A stretch of DNA of 64,000 nucleotides from Octopus sinensis (lineage: Eukaryota), in contig NC_043007.1 in assembly GCF_006345805.1 (NCBI RefSeq), positions 27,900,001 to 27,964,000 on the forward strand, read 5' to 3'. Of the stretch, positions 25,794 through 38,097 are shown one piece after another. Position numbers and translations under genes: made by a program. Below the pieces are notes generated by a model. That model did no database searches, was not told the DNA's origin, and was given only the letters and a program-made list of their open reading frames with translations. The first letter of the stretch is position 1. The number at the start of each line of letters is the position of its first letter.

Positions 25794-26065
25794 CAAAATG
25801 GGACAAGAACGCAAACCATCCGGACAACTCGGTGATACAAAAAGGGACAACAAAACATCCAGATAGACGATACAAAAATCTCAAGGACGGGTCATTCGAA
25901 GCTTTTCATCTTCAGTCAAGAACCGGATCATCCTCGCAATTTCGGCTAATTAATCTTGAGATTGCTCCAATCTGGACAGCGCCAAGGAAAAATTAAGCTA
26001 AGAGCATTAGATTCCTTGGAAGAAAGCATCGAATGTATACGAAAACAATGACGGAAAACAGACGA
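25790..26065. repeat. Unclassified interspersed repeat, possibly a PLE end
   Basis: Non-microsatellite block bracketed by TA tracts; resembles a recalled octopus repeat; single copy in this window. Confidence 0.35.
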
Positions 26066-26086
26066 TGTTACACGAATATAATATAT

Positions 26087-26118
<32 letters not shown>

Positions 26119-26134
26119 GCATATTTCCATTATT

Positions 26135-26335
26135 CTTTCATTTATTTCAGTCATTTGGCTGCGGCCATGCTGAAGCACCGCCTCTAGTCGAGAAAATTGA
26201 CCCCAGGATTTATTCTTTTTAAGCCTAATACTTATTCTATCGGGTGTCTTTTGCCGAACGGCTAAATTACGGTGATATAAATACAACAATATCGGTTGTC
26301 AAGCGATGGTGGCGGAAAATCGCAGACACACAAAC
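26135..26335 (-). mobile_element. SINE family B 3' part
   Basis: gctgcggccatgctgaagcaccgcc...ggttgtcaagcgatggtgg. Confidence 0.85.
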
Positions 26336-26544
26336 TCGCACGCTCACACACACAAACACAAACACACACACACATATTGAATGCGATCGTTTCGGTGATT
26401 GATGGCAAGTCTCAGTGGTTTTTAATATTTTTCTTACAAAAATTAATGAATATGGACTCCACTAAAAAATGATCCTTGAATTATATGTTAAAAAGCTAAA
26501 TTGCTTTTACGTATAACCTCATTTATAAATAAATTACTACTTAC

Positions 26545-26803
26545 GATCGTGTGTTGTGTTCTTGAGCAAGACACTTTATTTCACTTTGCTCCAGTTCACT
26601 CAGCTGTAGAAATGAGTTGCGACGTCACAGGTGCCAAGCTGTATCGACCTTTGCCTTTCCCTTGGATAACACTGGTGGCGTGGATAGGGGAGGACCAGTA
26701 TGCATGGGCGACTGTTGGTCTTCCTAAACAACCTCCTCGGACTTGTGCCTGGGAGGGTAACTTGTAGGTGCAATCCATGGTCGTGTTGGGACCGAAGGGT
26801 CTC
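26545..26803 (+). mobile_element. SINE family D (5'-truncated) with tail type v
   Basis: tgtgttcttgagcaagacactttatttcac core; tail matches 14197-14330. Confidence 0.85.
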
Positions 26804-26844
26804 AAATTATAATATATAGATAGTATATATATATATCATATATA

Positions 26845-26899
<55 letters not shown>

Positions 26900-27669
26900 G
26901 ATATATATGTAATATAATGTATTATATGTATATAAGCTAAAAAAGTTCTTTTTATATTCCACGGTAGACTTCCATCGTTGCCGGATGCATATAAACATGT
27001 ATGCAAACACGCACACATGAAACCATACCTATCCATAGTCGGTATTACACTGTTTCACATATCTGAACGTCTCTTCTGAAATTATTCACGGTTGTCCTAC
27101 TTCGATCGAACATTTCTATCTGCAAAAGTGTTTAATCCCTAATGCTACCCTTATACTTTACATCTCTCCGTTTACCAAGGTGGAATATATACTTCTTTAT
27201 GTGACTGACATGATGTGAGTAAAGGTAAGTATAACTGCTAAGGCTAGAAACTCAGAATGGTTGTTATTTTGTTGGTTGTTTCTTTTGGTATATTTATGGC
27301 TGTGTTCGCGTGCTGATATCCAGATAGTCAGAACAGTTAACAAATTTATCGGTATTGGTTTCCAATTTTAGCAGAAGACCAGCAATATCGGGTTGGGAGC
27401 TAGTCGATTATATTACCTTCCGCCCCCAAAGCCCTACTGTTCAAATGGCGTTTATGTTATCGGGAGCATGCCGTGAAAGATGCTTAGCGGTATTGCGTCT
27501 GTCGATAAAAGACTAAAGGCAAAGTCAACCTCGGCGAAATTTGAACTCAAAATGTAAAGAATTCCTGCTAGCTGCTTTGTCAAATCAATTAATACTGATT
27601 TCAAATTTCGGACCAAGGCCATCAAATTTGAGGGTGGGGGTAATTCAGTTGCTACTCTGACTGGTACTT

Positions 27670-27896
27670 GCGAGCTGGCAGAAACGTTAGCACGCCGGGC
27701 GAAATGCGTAGCCGTATTTCATCTACCGTTACGTTCTGGGTTCAAATTCCGCCGAGGTCGACTTTGCCTTTCATCCTTTCGGAGTCAATAAATTAAGTAC
27801 GAGTTACGCACTGGGGTCGATGTAATCGACTTAATCCCTTTATCTGTCCTTGTGTGTCTACTCTGTGTTTAGCCCCTTGTGGGTAGTAAAGAAATA
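27670..27896 (+). mobile_element. SINE family A, near full length
   Basis: gcgagctggcagaaacgttagcacgccgggcgaaatgc...gggtagtaaagaaata. Confidence 0.93.
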
Positions 27897-27897
27897 T

Positions 27898-28013
27898 ATA
27901 TTATCGACCCCGAAAGGATGAAAGGCAAAGCCGATCTCGGCGGAATGTAAAGACAGATGAAATAGCACCATGCGTTTTTTCCGGCTGCTAACAGTTCTGC
28001 TAGATCGCCGCCT
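27898..28013 (-). mobile_element. SINE family A 5' half, inverted against the preceding copy
   Basis: tatcgaccccgaaaggatgaaaggcaaag..ctcggcggaat is the antisense of 27750-27790. Confidence 0.85.
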
Positions 28014-28212
28014 TTATAAATCTGCCGATATCGCAACTGATTTCGAATAGTATCCTCTTTGCTATTTACTACAGACATCATATCCAACTACACGTGATTT
28101 GTTTTATTCAATCTTCCGCTAATAAAGCAAGGCTTCATGTGTATATAGAGATGGAGAAATGAGGAACAGTGATATTGTTTTACACCAAGTAATTCTCTTC
28201 TTCTCATCACAG

Positions 28213-28272
28213 ACGACCCCTTCATATTTTTAAGGGAGGAGAGTTCACAAATTTCTTGTCTGTTTTCCGGTG
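28213..28272 (+). other. Candidate 60-nt symmetric exon (ttctcttcttctcatcacag|...|gtatga)
   Basis: Strong polypyrimidine acceptor and donor; two open frames (RPLHIFKGGEFTNFLSVFR or DPFIFLREESSQISCLFSG); unverified. Confidence 0.2.
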
Positions 28273-28350
28273 GTATGAGTATTTATATGTACAGGAATGC
28301 AGATACATGCAGGTGTGAAAATCCTGTTCGAGGTATTTCATAAACTTTAC

Positions 28351-28437
28351 CATCATTGGAATTTCGTTCAGAAATTCTGTTGTTACGACCAGAATTGCTG
28401 TCAAATAACAATGAGAGAGAACTCCGAAATGTCATCG
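28351..28437 (-). other. Candidate 87-nt symmetric exon MTFRSSLSLLFDSNSGRNNRISERNSND
   Basis: cactcttcag acceptor, gtaaag donor, one open frame; unverified. Confidence 0.15.
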
Positions 28438-30584
28438 CTGAAGAGTGAACCTTTATCCTTTTCATCCATAGAGTCCTAAACCATAAAAAAGTATTCTTAT
28501 CATATCATATGTATTTATTCACTATTGAAATCCTTATTGATTTTCATCGGTTTATGTACCGAAGCCGATGTTGCACAATGGATCTGGGTCGCAAGAGAGT
28601 CAATCGCATTTTCATTTCAACAGATCTCATCATAACGAAATAAAGACTGTATTTATATCGCGATGTGAGAGATATAACAACTGTGACACGCTTATGCAAA
28701 GATTTCAGTGAAGCATGAAAGGTTTCTAATTTAAGCACGAGGTCAACAACATTGAAGAGAGAAGAATAATTGATCAGAATACTTGACTCGTGCATTGTTG
28801 TATCAACATCGCAGAAATGCTATATAACATAGATTTCGGCGAAATTCGAACTCAAAAACTAGAATCTAAACAAATACCACAAAGCAATTTACTAACTCTC
28901 TTTAAGATTTGTCTCTTCTCTGCCTTTACCATTAATTTTCGCATTAATACTAATTGTATAATACTTTTCCCGCCCTCTCTAATATATCGATGGCTCCCAA
29001 ACACCAGTTATCCGTCTTTGAGACCATTTAACATTTAATTATATCCAACATTATATTAAAATAGACTTAAGCCATGATTACATTCTACGCCGCAGCCAAA
29101 ACACTGCACACTTAAATAATGAGAAAGTTTACGAGGGTTCAAAGTATAACTCGACTTCCTGAGAGGCATAATATAACACGCAAAACAAATACAGAGCAAT
29201 GAATTCCAGGCAAGTTCCATATCGTTTATTAAAGTTGGGAAGAACGTGAACTTTAATCAATCTATTTTCCACTACCACAAAATCTGGAACCATGTTCATA
29301 CGTAAAGAAATCGATAGTTTCAATGTATGTGGAAAATTGGATTTTTCTTAGAATTATCATTTATTCTTTCTAACAAAAATCCAAAGTATCAATAACAATT
29401 TTCACATATGAAACTTTATAGGTAGGTACATATACATTAATATATACACACAATATTAATAATATGTATTTACAAATTCATTCATATACACGCAGATATG
29501 AAATTTTTGTAGAGAGAAAGAGGAAATACAAATTTATACATACATACAAACATACATACATAGATATATATGTGTGTGTGTGTATATGTCTGGATGTATG
29601 TATATGTATGGATGTTTGTGTGTATATATCTTTCTGACAACACAGTCGATTTAGCAATAAATATTACACAATATAAAATGAAAACATTTAAAAGTATAGA
29701 AAATACATTATAGTTTGTACGGAATAAAATGGCGGCCGGAAATTTATTTTACGCACGATCTAGCATATCATGTCGCCAGGTTTACTGGGGTGGGGGTGGC
29801 AGTTTGGATACATAGATTGATGTTCGCCAAGCACGAAACGAAAATTCTCAACAACAATTTTATCAAGAAATCATAACTTTAGTTTTAGAAGAAATATGAT
29901 TTATATAAAATATTCAATTAAAATCTTTAAAAAAATAACAGAAATTACAAAAACAATAAATACAAATGCGACTAAAATAACCGATAAACTCTATAAATTT
30001 GCTTTTTCAGTAAACGCATAATGTTATTTCCTTTCTTTGTTATTTAATTTTATTATTTTCATTTTCGTCGTGATTTATTTATTATTTTTATTTTCCTACG
30101 TGTTTGTGTTGGTCGTTTATGCTTTCTTTCATTCTATAATTTCATTTTTAACGATCAGATTACTATATGGTTGCTCGTTTCGGCTGACAGTTTATGAAAA
30201 CTGTAAAGTTTGAGAAAGCAACACCAACAAGAAGAACGGCATAAATAACGCCTCAAAAACTAACAAATATAATAATGACGTCAACCACAATAGTAACTAC
30301 ATATTGAAAAGCAACAACAACACAGTCCAGAAAGAAAAATCTATATCAATCAGAGCTCAACTCTGTCCGCAATCGTTAAATTGAACACCGCACATAGGAC
30401 GTCAACAAAACCACCATAATACACGAGATATATACCAAGGAAGAAAAACGAAAATAAACATTAACTTCAACAGGAGAAACTACAAAGCAAACATTATATT
30501 AGTATCAACTACAAACACCAACAAAAACCAGATTAGTAATAACTGCAAACTACCTCTAATGATACCAACAGCAGCAGCAGCAGT

Positions 30585-30950
30585 GGAGGCGCAATGACCC
30601 AGTCGTTAGGGCAGCGGACTCGCAGTCGGAGGATCGCAGTTTCGATTCCCAGACCGGGCGTTGTGTGTGTTTATTGAGTGCCACCTAAAAGCGTCACGAG
30701 GCTCCGGCAGGGGGTGGTGGCGACACCTCTTGTACTCTTTCGCCCCAACTTTCTCTCACTCTTTCTTCCTGTTTCTTGTCCCCGACTTTCTACGCAACCG
30801 CTGAGCCTGGATGCGCATTCATCCATCCGTCGAGGCTCTAGGTGTCGGGGGTTGACCTGCTTTCTCTTCTGTGGGTCTTACGAATAGCAAAGGACCACGT
30901 TTCGGACTTCTCCCATCTTGTGAGCTCTGGGACGAAGACCGTTCGCTCAA
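30585..30950 (+). mobile_element. SINE family C with tail type iii
   Basis: Family C head and body; unique tail gtccccgactttctacgcaaccgctgagcc...ending in (CAA/CAG)n. Confidence 0.88.
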
Positions 30951-31019
30951 CAGCAACAGCAACAGCAGCAGCATAGGAAATGCCAACCATAGCAACATAT
31001 ACATACGTATACATATATA

Positions 31020-31232
31020 TTAATGTAATTATTATCGGTAGCCACTACACACATTTTTTCTCTCCTTGTTTCTCTACTTGTTTTTTTTTTTGTGTCCCTT
31101 TCTGTAGAAGAGCGTAGGCTCGAAACGTAAAAGACCTTTTCTATTCCTGAGCGTTATACTAATACACCTGATTGTTTTATACACCACCTGAATTCGTCTT
31201 TTGTTTTTTCGTGAACTCTCCCCCTATATATG

Positions 31233-31235
<3 letters not shown>
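31020..31235 (+). mobile_element. Short PLE-end-like repeat between TA tracts (second copy 58870-59140)
   Basis: Shared tagccacta...tttctgt(a/t)gaagagcgtaggctcgaaacgtaaaag...gagcgtta blocks. Confidence 0.7.
31098..31133 (+). ncRNA. Minimal hammerhead-like motif with variant core
   Basis: CUUU-CUGUAGA-A-GAGC guag GCUC-GAAAC GU A^AAAG. Confidence 0.55.
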
Positions 31236-31267
<32 letters not shown>

Positions 31268-31270
<3 letters not shown>

Positions 31271-31485
31271 TAGATAAACTTAGATATGTTTCGACCAAAG
31301 ACTGGTCCAGACCATATCTAATTTAATAGCACCACCTGATAGGATTATCTAAATCCTGTTCAAGTCAAGTTTTGTTTATGGACCATTCAAGGTAGTGAGT
31401 TCTTATTGAGTAAGTTGTTTCCTTGAAGAAATCTGTCCAGACACCGTTTAAATGTGATAGGATTCTTTTCCTCTTACCTGTTTAT
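31268..31485 (-). mobile_element. CR1-like LINE 3' end (same family as 13685-13962)
   Basis: Antisense match including aaaacttgactt..caggatt..tatcaggtggtgctatt..ggtcgaaacatatctaagtt tail. Confidence 0.8.
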
Positions 31486-31652
31486 ATGTTGTACTGGATA
31501 AAATGAGAAGATAATTCTAACAGTTCAAATACCAATAAATAAGCAAAACTCAATTTGATTTATACCAAATAATTTAGGGAAATGAATGGGTTGTTTCCCT
31601 TGGCTATATATGGATCCCTTCCAGGGCTTAATGGCTTGTTCCCGATAGGCGG

Positions 31653-31692
<40 letters not shown>

Positions 31693-31774
31693 CAATTCTA
31701 TAACATTAAGGCGGGCCCACGACTAAGCAACAACAGCAATATATCAGTAAGTTATGAACAATAATAGAAAGAGC

Positions 31775-32092
31775 ACTCTGTCGGTTACGGTGATGAGAGT
31801 CCCAGCTGATTCGATCAACAGAACAGCTTGCTCGTGAAATTAACGTGCAACTGGCTGAGCACTCCAAAGACACGTGTATCCTTAACGTTGTTCTCAAGTA
31901 GATTCGGCGTGATAAAAAGTGTGACAAGGCCGGCCATTTGAAATACAGATACTACTCATTTTTGCCAGCTGAGTGAACTGGAGCAATGTGAAATAAAGTG
32001 TTTTGCTCTAGGACACAAAGCTTCGCCGGGAATTGAACTCACGACCTTTCGATCGTGAGTCGAATGCTCTAACCATTAAGCTACGTGCCTTC
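31775..32092 (-). mobile_element. SINE family D with tail type ii
   Basis: Family D head/core antisense; tail matches 11045-11230. Confidence 0.88.
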
Positions 32093-32503
32093 ACTACCAA
32101 TAATAACGAGGTGTCACACAGCTGAAGTATAAAGAACACAGCCTTTTAACAAGCAGGACATAAAATAAAACAATGTATCCAGCATAGAATTATGTTGTAG
32201 CTAAATCAACGAATCCTTGTTGACAACATTGCAGTGAGCGGAACAATCCACAAAGGAAGACAATGAAATTGAATTGTTTTTTGTTGTTGCTGTTGCTATT
32301 TTGTTGAGAAAACGTTCAAAGTAATTACGTATTTCATTTATGACAACCATGTAGCATTTAAAAATGTAACATCAAGGATCGAAAAATGGCTTTGACACAT
32401 AGCGATATTAACTTTGAAGAGAATTGCAAAATAACTAGAGATCAGACATCTATGACAGGCGAAATCCCCCAACACATTTCGAAGAGGGAGCACATTTGAG
32501 AAA

Positions 32504-32672
32504 GAAACAGCAGTTGATGACTATTAATGCCAAAAATACGACGAACAATTATATACTCGTTCAGAAATCTTTCAGTATATCAACATGCTTTGCTATTACG
32601 CAGATAATATATTTTCATTTTGACGAATCAATATAACGTTAGTTTTCTTGGCTTTTGTTGTTTTTCTTGGAA
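32504..32672 (+). repeat. ~170-bp direct repeat, copy 1 (copy 2 at 35917-36101)
   Basis: gaaacagcagttg..gactattaatgccaaaaatacga..caacatgctttgcta.tacgcagataatat..tttcattttgacga.tcaatataacgttagttt shared. Confidence 0.9.
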
Positions 32673-33374
32673 GGTTGAAATGTGTCAACGAGGAACTCTC
32701 TACATTGGTGTTTCATTGAGTTAGAAATAGCAACCAAATCGTTATCAATTGACACCTTATCATCTTAAGAAAATTACTTGTGATAACAGGATAATCCTTT
32801 GCCAGAAAATACGAGAAAAATATGGGATTATCATGATTGAAATACTTTTGACTGTCGATAGTGTGGATCACGGCCGGCCTCTATTTAAGCACAACAGTAG
32901 CTGGTTCGTCAGTTCTGATTATACTAATGAAGGTTCTCGTGTGTCGACGTGTGACTTCTTCAAAACAGCAATTGAAATTCCATGATATCACACATAGCAG
33001 TATTAAAAACTTGAATGGCAGATTCGATTATGGAGACAAAACTGCAGAAATGTTGGCGAAATTATTATGGCCGTACTGCGATGGATATCAAACGAATTGT
33101 ATTCAGGCTGAGCTGGAGTTTAAACAACATCATTAGCTGTAATGAAACACCGTCACAGCAACTGCATAAATAAACGACGGAGTATATAAATGTGTATACC
33201 AAAAATTGCATTGTAAAATGTTCTACAAATGTGTAGTTACAACCAGCATAAATTTAATTTTGTGGTGAATTGATATTCTTTTACACTCATCTCCAAAGTG
33301 CACGGGTACCCAACTACCACACACCACACACACACTCTTTCTCTCTTCCCCCTCTGTCTCTCTCTATCACTTGC

Positions 33375-33577
33375 TATAGAAACGTTAGCGCGCCGGGCGA
33401 AAGGCTTAGCAGTATTTCGTCTGCCGTTACGTTCTGAGTTCAAATTCCGCCGAGGTCGACTTTGTCTTTCATCTTTTCGGAGTCGATAAATTAAGTACCA
33501 ATTACGCACTGGAGTTGATGTAATCGACTCAATCCCTTTGTCTGTCCTTGTTTGCCCCGAACAATAAAGAAATAAAA
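33375..33577 (+). mobile_element. SINE family A
   Basis: gaaacgttagcgcgccgggcgaaaggcttagc...aaattccgccgaggtcgactttg. Confidence 0.9.
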
Positions 33578-33892
33578 CTTACCGAACTCCGTGAGATTCA
33601 CAAATTACGAAAAGTAAAGTGACATGGTCAAGTGGAAGGCATAGGATTTTTCATAGACTTGAGCTTAAATTTGAAATCCCTATGATGTAGAAAACTAAGG
33701 TAACCAATTGGCAGAATCGTTAAGCAAAACCTCTAAAATTCTTAGTGGCATTTCGTCCGTCTTTTCGTTCTGTGTTCAAATTCCAAGGAATTCTTTGAAT
33801 AATAAAATAAGAGCGAATTAATTACTGAGAGCAATATATTCTACTTCCCTCCATACTCAAAATTCCTGGCATTATAACAAAATTAGGGCATC

Positions 33893-34085
33893 GTGCTTGC
33901 TGAATCGTTAGCACGCCGGACAAATATATTGGCGGTATTGCGTCTATCCTCACGTTCTGAGTTCGCCGAGGTTGACGTTGCCTATTATGCTTTTGGGGTC
34001 GATAAAATAAGTACCAGTTGAACATCGGGATCAATGCAATCGTTTTTCCCCTTCCACCTCAACTGATGGCCTTATACAAAACTTT
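33893..34085 (+). mobile_element. SINE family A, degraded
   Basis: gctgaatcgttagcacgccggac...ggggtcgataaaataagtaccag. Confidence 0.8.
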
Positions 34086-34491
34086 GTAACTGATATGATA
34101 TAGAAAATTGAGATGCCTTCACACCCATATCCAAATACAGACACATACGCACACATACATATAGGCAGACCTATATACGACTGAGAAAGGAGGAGGGGAT
34201 TAGGCATTGGGTTAGCGCTCTTATACTATAACTTTTCTAGATTACTACAGAAACACTGGCAAGAGAATATACAAAACATATCCTGGTAAGGAGCGGTAGT
34301 TCTCAAAAATTACATATGAAGTAACATAATAAAAACTGAATGGCAAGTGCGGTCTGAAACAAAGTTCTATCGGGGAAGACAACTACAGGACTGAGAAATA
34401 GAAGGCATGGTAGGGCGAAACAACATTGAGGTAATCCAAAAGCATGAAATATGAAATATACCCAGGTTGTTGTTTTGTTTGTTCCTTCTAA

Positions 34492-34750
34492 AGCCATGCC
34501 AGGCTCCTTAGGGCCAGTTTCCCGGTTTCCTTGGCGTATAAGTTCCCCGCCGGTCCGTCGCAGGTGAGCTGCACGATGCAGGAGGAAAGAGTGAGAGAAA
34601 GTTGTGGCGAAAGAGTCAGCAGAAGTTCGCCATTACCGCGGAGCTTAGGTGTTTCGCTCATAAACACACAAATCGCCCGGTCTGAGATTCGAACCCGCGA
34701 TCCCTCGACTGCGAGTCTGCTGCTCTAACCACTAGGCCATGTGCCTCCAC
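34492..34750 (-). mobile_element. SINE family C with tail type i
   Basis: Antisense head ggaggcacatggcctagtggttagagcagcagactcgcag; tail gaaaccgggaaactggccc. Confidence 0.88.
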
Positions 34751-35084
34751 AAATATACCCAGGTAGTCACGCCTAGAAGACAACTACATTACAGTGGTAA
34801 TTATCGAAGGGGATGGCATTTTCTTCTTCGTGTTCTATCCTCCGTATAGCATCAAAGGAATTAAACGAGACACATGTATTGTCTAAGTCTTTGCAATGTG
34901 AGCATTACTGATATAAACCATTAGCCTTCGTTTTACTTTTACATATTTTTCATCAAATGATGTAAATGATGGAATATGCAACAAGAGGAAGCGACGTAAT
35001 TAGAGAGACAGACAAGAACGAACATTGAAGAAAGGCCGACAAATGAATATACGTTGATCGATACAAAGGGAATGTATTATATAT

Positions 35085-35610
<526 letters not shown>

Positions 35611-35916
35611 ACACATACGTTGATTGATGTGTATAATGTCATTGAAATATCGTACAACACGAAGCAAATATTAAAAACAACTTTAAAACCGAACAGGTAA
35701 AAGCGAAAGGGAAAATGTCTGGAAATCAGAACGTTAATGAAAAGTCAATATATTTTCAATATATTCTCCATAGCAACCAAAAGACCGGAACTATGAGATG
35801 AGCTGTCCGACATTTTGGTAAGTACAATTAAAATTTCATTAATGGTGTTTTATAAGTGGATTAATAAGCTTTAAAGTAGCTATATTTCCTGCAGTTGGTA
35901 GGCAATATTGGAGAGT

Positions 35917-36101
35917 GAAACAGCAGTTGTTGCATTTTATTGATGACTATTAATGCCAAAAATACGATGCACAATTATAAACTCGTTTCGAAATCTTCCA
36001 GTATACCAACATGCTTTGCTACTACGCAGATAATATATTTTCATTTTGACGACTCAATATAACGTTAGTTTGGTTTGCTTTTTGTTGGTTTTTGTAGGCA
36101 G
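35917..36101 (+). repeat. ~170-bp direct repeat, copy 2
   Basis: See 32504-32672. Confidence 0.9.
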
Positions 36102-36136
36102 GATGAAGTACAGTATCAATGAGGCCTCGCAAACAA
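36098..36136 (+). other. Candidate 39-nt exon (ttggtttttgtag|...|gtgagt), frame RMKYSINEASQT; possible next exon from 36225 (ctctgcag|)
   Basis: Consensus donor gtgagt and T-rich acceptor; phase-compatible 88-nt intron; no homology recognised. Confidence 0.25.
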
Positions 36137-37065
36137 GTGAGTGTTGGGATGGATCTTTAGAATTTAAAGCAGGCTCCACTGCTTCTAGCAGTTGGATTTC
36201 TAATAATTGTTAAAATCTCTGCAGTCATGGAAAGGCGCATATTCATGATTTTCATGTGTTTTATCACCCGGCGCTTTGAGAAAGTCATCTCCACTAAGCC
36301 ATATCGCAGCCAACAGACAAATACACAAAGCGTTATACTTTAAGTATGCTTGGTCAATAATGTGTATTGCACTAGCCTTGCTTCTATATCATATTCCAAT
36401 AATTGTAGCCAAGATATTGGCTCTCGGTGTTATTTCAACTAAAACATGTTTGAAAATGCTAGCACGGAGTCTTACTGCAACTCATAAAATGTACCCAAAC
36501 TCCAGCCCTTGCTGTTGCACAGGATACGAAATAAGTCTACAGCACTCGCAAGCCACTGCGAATTTTCAGCTCAAATAAGTAGGAAGCGAAACAAATAATG
36601 GTTGGCACCAGCCCCAACGTTCCAATGATTTGGCGAATCAACTGCAAGAATGTTATCTATTTTTCGACCTGCGAATTGAAAAAAAAGGGAAGATTTCCCT
36701 CGGCCACATTTGAATTCGGAGTCTAGAGAGTTTGAATAAATACTACAAAACACCTTATCTGACATTATAATGAGTTTGTTAATTTGAAACGTTTTCATGT
36801 CCATTAGGAAATAATTATTCACTATTTATGAAGCAGTATGATTGTGAAAGAAACTACTAAAGTATATTATGACAAGGGTCTTGGACCTCGTTTAAATACC
36901 ATTTTCAGAATGCATTCATTTTTTAATCTCGGAGAGAATAGAAAATAGATATCACCATCAAAAATTTATCTCCTACACTTCATTTAGTTAGGTGCCGCGC
37001 AAGATCTGCGATTTAGAATTTTGCTTCACAATTCTGTATTCGCCGACTCGATGGCAAGGTGTATC

Positions 37066-37142
37066 AGGAATCCTTGAATATAGGAATTTACGAATATAGG
37101 AATCCTCGAATATAGCTTCAGATAACAGGAATCCTCGAATAT
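37066..37142. repeat. 16-bp minisatellite AGGAATCCTCGAATAT x4 (imperfect)
   Basis: Units at 37066, 37082, 37098 and 37127. Confidence 0.9.
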
Positions 37143-37159
37143 ATCATCAGATTAACTAA

Positions 37160-37234
37160 TCTATGTTAATGGAATTTGATTGATAGAAACTGTAAGAGTG
37201 TTGGAAGCCCGTCATATGTTTGTTTGTTATTCCT

Positions 37235-37293
<59 letters not shown>

Positions 37294-37385
37294 CATATAT
37301 ATAGAGAAACATATATATATATATATACGTAACCAACACACCAGCATCGGTTGTCAAGCGATGTTGAGGGGACAAACACGGATGC
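37160..37385 (-). mobile_element. SINE family B middle part
   Basis: acaccagcatcggttgtcaagcgatgttgaggggacaaac. Confidence 0.8.
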
Positions 37386-37529
37386 ACCAGTATATAAACA
37401 CATAAATTAAATAAAAGAATAAAAGAATATATGTGTGTATGTTTGTGTGTACGTATATACGCCCCTCTCCAAGTAACTGGAACACTATCATAATAAAGAA
37501 TCACACACGCACAAACACACACACAAATA

Positions 37530-37588
37530 AACAGACAGACAGACAGATAGACAGATAGATAGATAGAGATAGATAGATAGATAGATAG

Positions 37589-37620
<32 letters not shown>

Positions 37621-37622
37621 AG

Positions 37623-37680
<58 letters not shown>

Positions 37681-37697
37681 GTGAGAGAGAGAGAGAG

Positions 37698-37764
<67 letters not shown>

Positions 37765-37790
37765 CAGATTGATTAATTGATTGATAGATA
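37530..37790. repeat. (GACA)/(GATA)n/(GA)n microsatellite
   Basis: Direct reading. Confidence 0.95.
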
Positions 37791-38052
37791 TGCATTTATA
37801 ACTATATACCGCATCTACTAATATTCATATATACCTACAATCAAAAGTATTATGTAGGTATATATATATATATATATATCCCTTTTTTGTGACGCATATT
37901 TGCCATTTGAATATGGCTAACCCCTAAGGGTGGATGCTACTGTAGTTTGTAGCCCCAGGAAGATATCTCCTCCAGCTGGCTATAGACACACTATCTGTGC
38001 CCTCTCAGTATTTGTGAAGGGAAGTCATCCTCCCCGTCTTCAACTCATGATA

Positions 38053-38097
38053 CACACGGACTCGAGTTTCAAGGTGTTTACCTATCGTCAGCGTGTG
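38053..38097 (-). ncRNA. Type I hammerhead ribozyme with palindromic stem III, at the apex of a 134-nt hairpin (38008-38141)
   Basis: CACACG-CUGACGA-U AGGU aaac ACCU U-GAAA-CUCGAG-UC^CGUGUG; intact core and GUC triplet. Confidence 0.88.

Noticed and set aside
25881-25930. Minus-strand CUGAAGA..GAA hammerhead-like string
   Set aside because: GAAU instead of GAAA and no complementary stem I (cuuga on both sides)
27040-27085. Minus-strand CAGAAGA..GAAAC motif
   Set aside because: Core mismatch and no stem I
37066-37142. Short spaced repeats superficially like a CRISPR array
   Set aside because: Units are adjacent tandem 16-mers without unique spacers, in a eukaryotic context with no cas genes
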